Shown: positions 63,183 through 64,000 of the stretch, one piece after another
Layout: each line of letters starts with the position of its first letter
Numbering within the stretch: position 1 is the stretch's first letter
NCBI GenBank assembly: GCA_030141605.1
Contig: JAQGDQ010000685.1
Span: forward strand, 48,914-112,913
Source: Tubiluchus corallicola
Lineage: Eukaryota; Animalia; Priapulida
Reading direction: 5' to 3'
DNA: 64,000 nt
The notes under the pieces: model-generated
The model's database searches: none
What the model saw: the letters and a program-made list of their open reading frames with translations, nothing else
Told to the model about the DNA's origin: nothing
Translations under genes and position numbers: made by a program

Positions 63183-63324
63183 TTGTCCAAAACTTCCCAA
63201 AACTTGATTAACGACGCCCGATCTAAATGTCTCTTCATCTTGCTCAGTTGAATCACATGAACCGACCACTTGGCAACGTTTGAATCTAGCGGCAGTTCAT
63301 CCCATTTTACGTGAAATGCTTTAA
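63183..63324 (-). CDS. CDC73: CDC73 penultimate coding exon, on the opposite strand to the rest of the gene
   Basis: ttgcag|TTAAAGCATTTCAC...GACAA|gtaagt encodes (I)KAFHVKWDELPLDSNVAKWSVHVIQLSKMKRHLDRASLIKFWEVLD(K), matching parafibromin IKAFHLKYDE..KRHLDR..FWETLD. Its phase fits exon 12. Confidence 0.93.
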
Positions 63325-63524
63325 CTGCAATATGAACATGAACCGTGAACAAAAACGTGAACATGAACAGTATCTCATTGGCTGTTATGCAAATTCAAGA
63401 CGAAACACAGACAGATTTATAAAATATTTGGAACAATAATCATAATATCATAGTCCCATAATCAAAATGTTAATGTAAAAAATTTATTCGCATTTTACAT
63501 GTGTTAGCATGGCATAGATTACGT

Positions 63525-64000
63525 ATATATATATATAAATAATAATCTTTATTTGCCATTAAAATACATTGATAATCACCGATAAAAACTTTACAGAGAT
63601 GATCAATCAGTGTTAGTTAATAAAAACTTACACTGCTGAAGGCAAATGAGTCAGTGCAATCTAAACTACTGTGCAGTAATGGAAAGTAACGACGAATAAA
63701 ATCAAACATATTTACAGCTATGCACAAAAAAATGAAAAAAACTATGATTTAATTAATATGGCCGTGGATATATGAATTCTGAATTAGTGTGTATGTTGTC
63801 GTGCTGGTGTGATGGTATTTCATATCTGGTTAATATTAGTGATTTTAATTTTGTTTTAAATGCTGATGGAGACTTGATTTGTTTAACCTGTAATGGTAGA
63901 GAATTCCAAAAAGTGAATTGGTTGTTTGATTACAGAGTTCGTTCCATAGTGGGTATTTGTCCTAATTTGTTTTAGATTGCTTGTTCTGGAATTAACGATA
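63525..64000 (-). mobile_element. CR1/L2-like LINE 3' end (same family as 3308-3720)
   Basis: Minus strand [24 protein letters not shown], then a 3'UTR with AATAAA next to (TA)n. Confidence 0.75.

Overview
AT-rich, intron- and repeat-rich eukaryotic DNA, most likely from an invertebrate animal (spliced alternative oxidase gene; intron positions largely match vertebrate PPP6C/CDC73 as I recall them). I reconstructed five spliced genes by hand: AOX (+, 5' end outside the window, to 6543); a 6-7 exon orphan gene (-, about 8074/9051-16992); PGLS (+, 21933-25262); PPP6C (-, 32805-42900, 305 aa); and CDC73/parafibromin (+, from 44645), head-to-head with PPP6C. Three features stand out. (1) The penultimate CDC73 coding exon (142 bp, phase-compatible, intact splice sites) lies on the opposite strand at 63183-63324. 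(2) PPP6C has a U12-type AT-AC intron (34177-35426). (3) Tandem arrays repeatedly copy real exon edges with their splice sites: 5 extra acceptors before the PPP6C last exon, about 24 extra donors after CDC73 exon 11, and smaller cases in PPP6C and AOX. The rest is MITEs (hAT-like with 6-bp and 8-bp TSDs, Tc1/pogo-like, piggyBac-like), LINE fragments, an RTE-related SINE-like element and minisatellites. Most long ORFs in the supplied track are repeat artefacts. No database searches were run; identities rest on recognised motifs.
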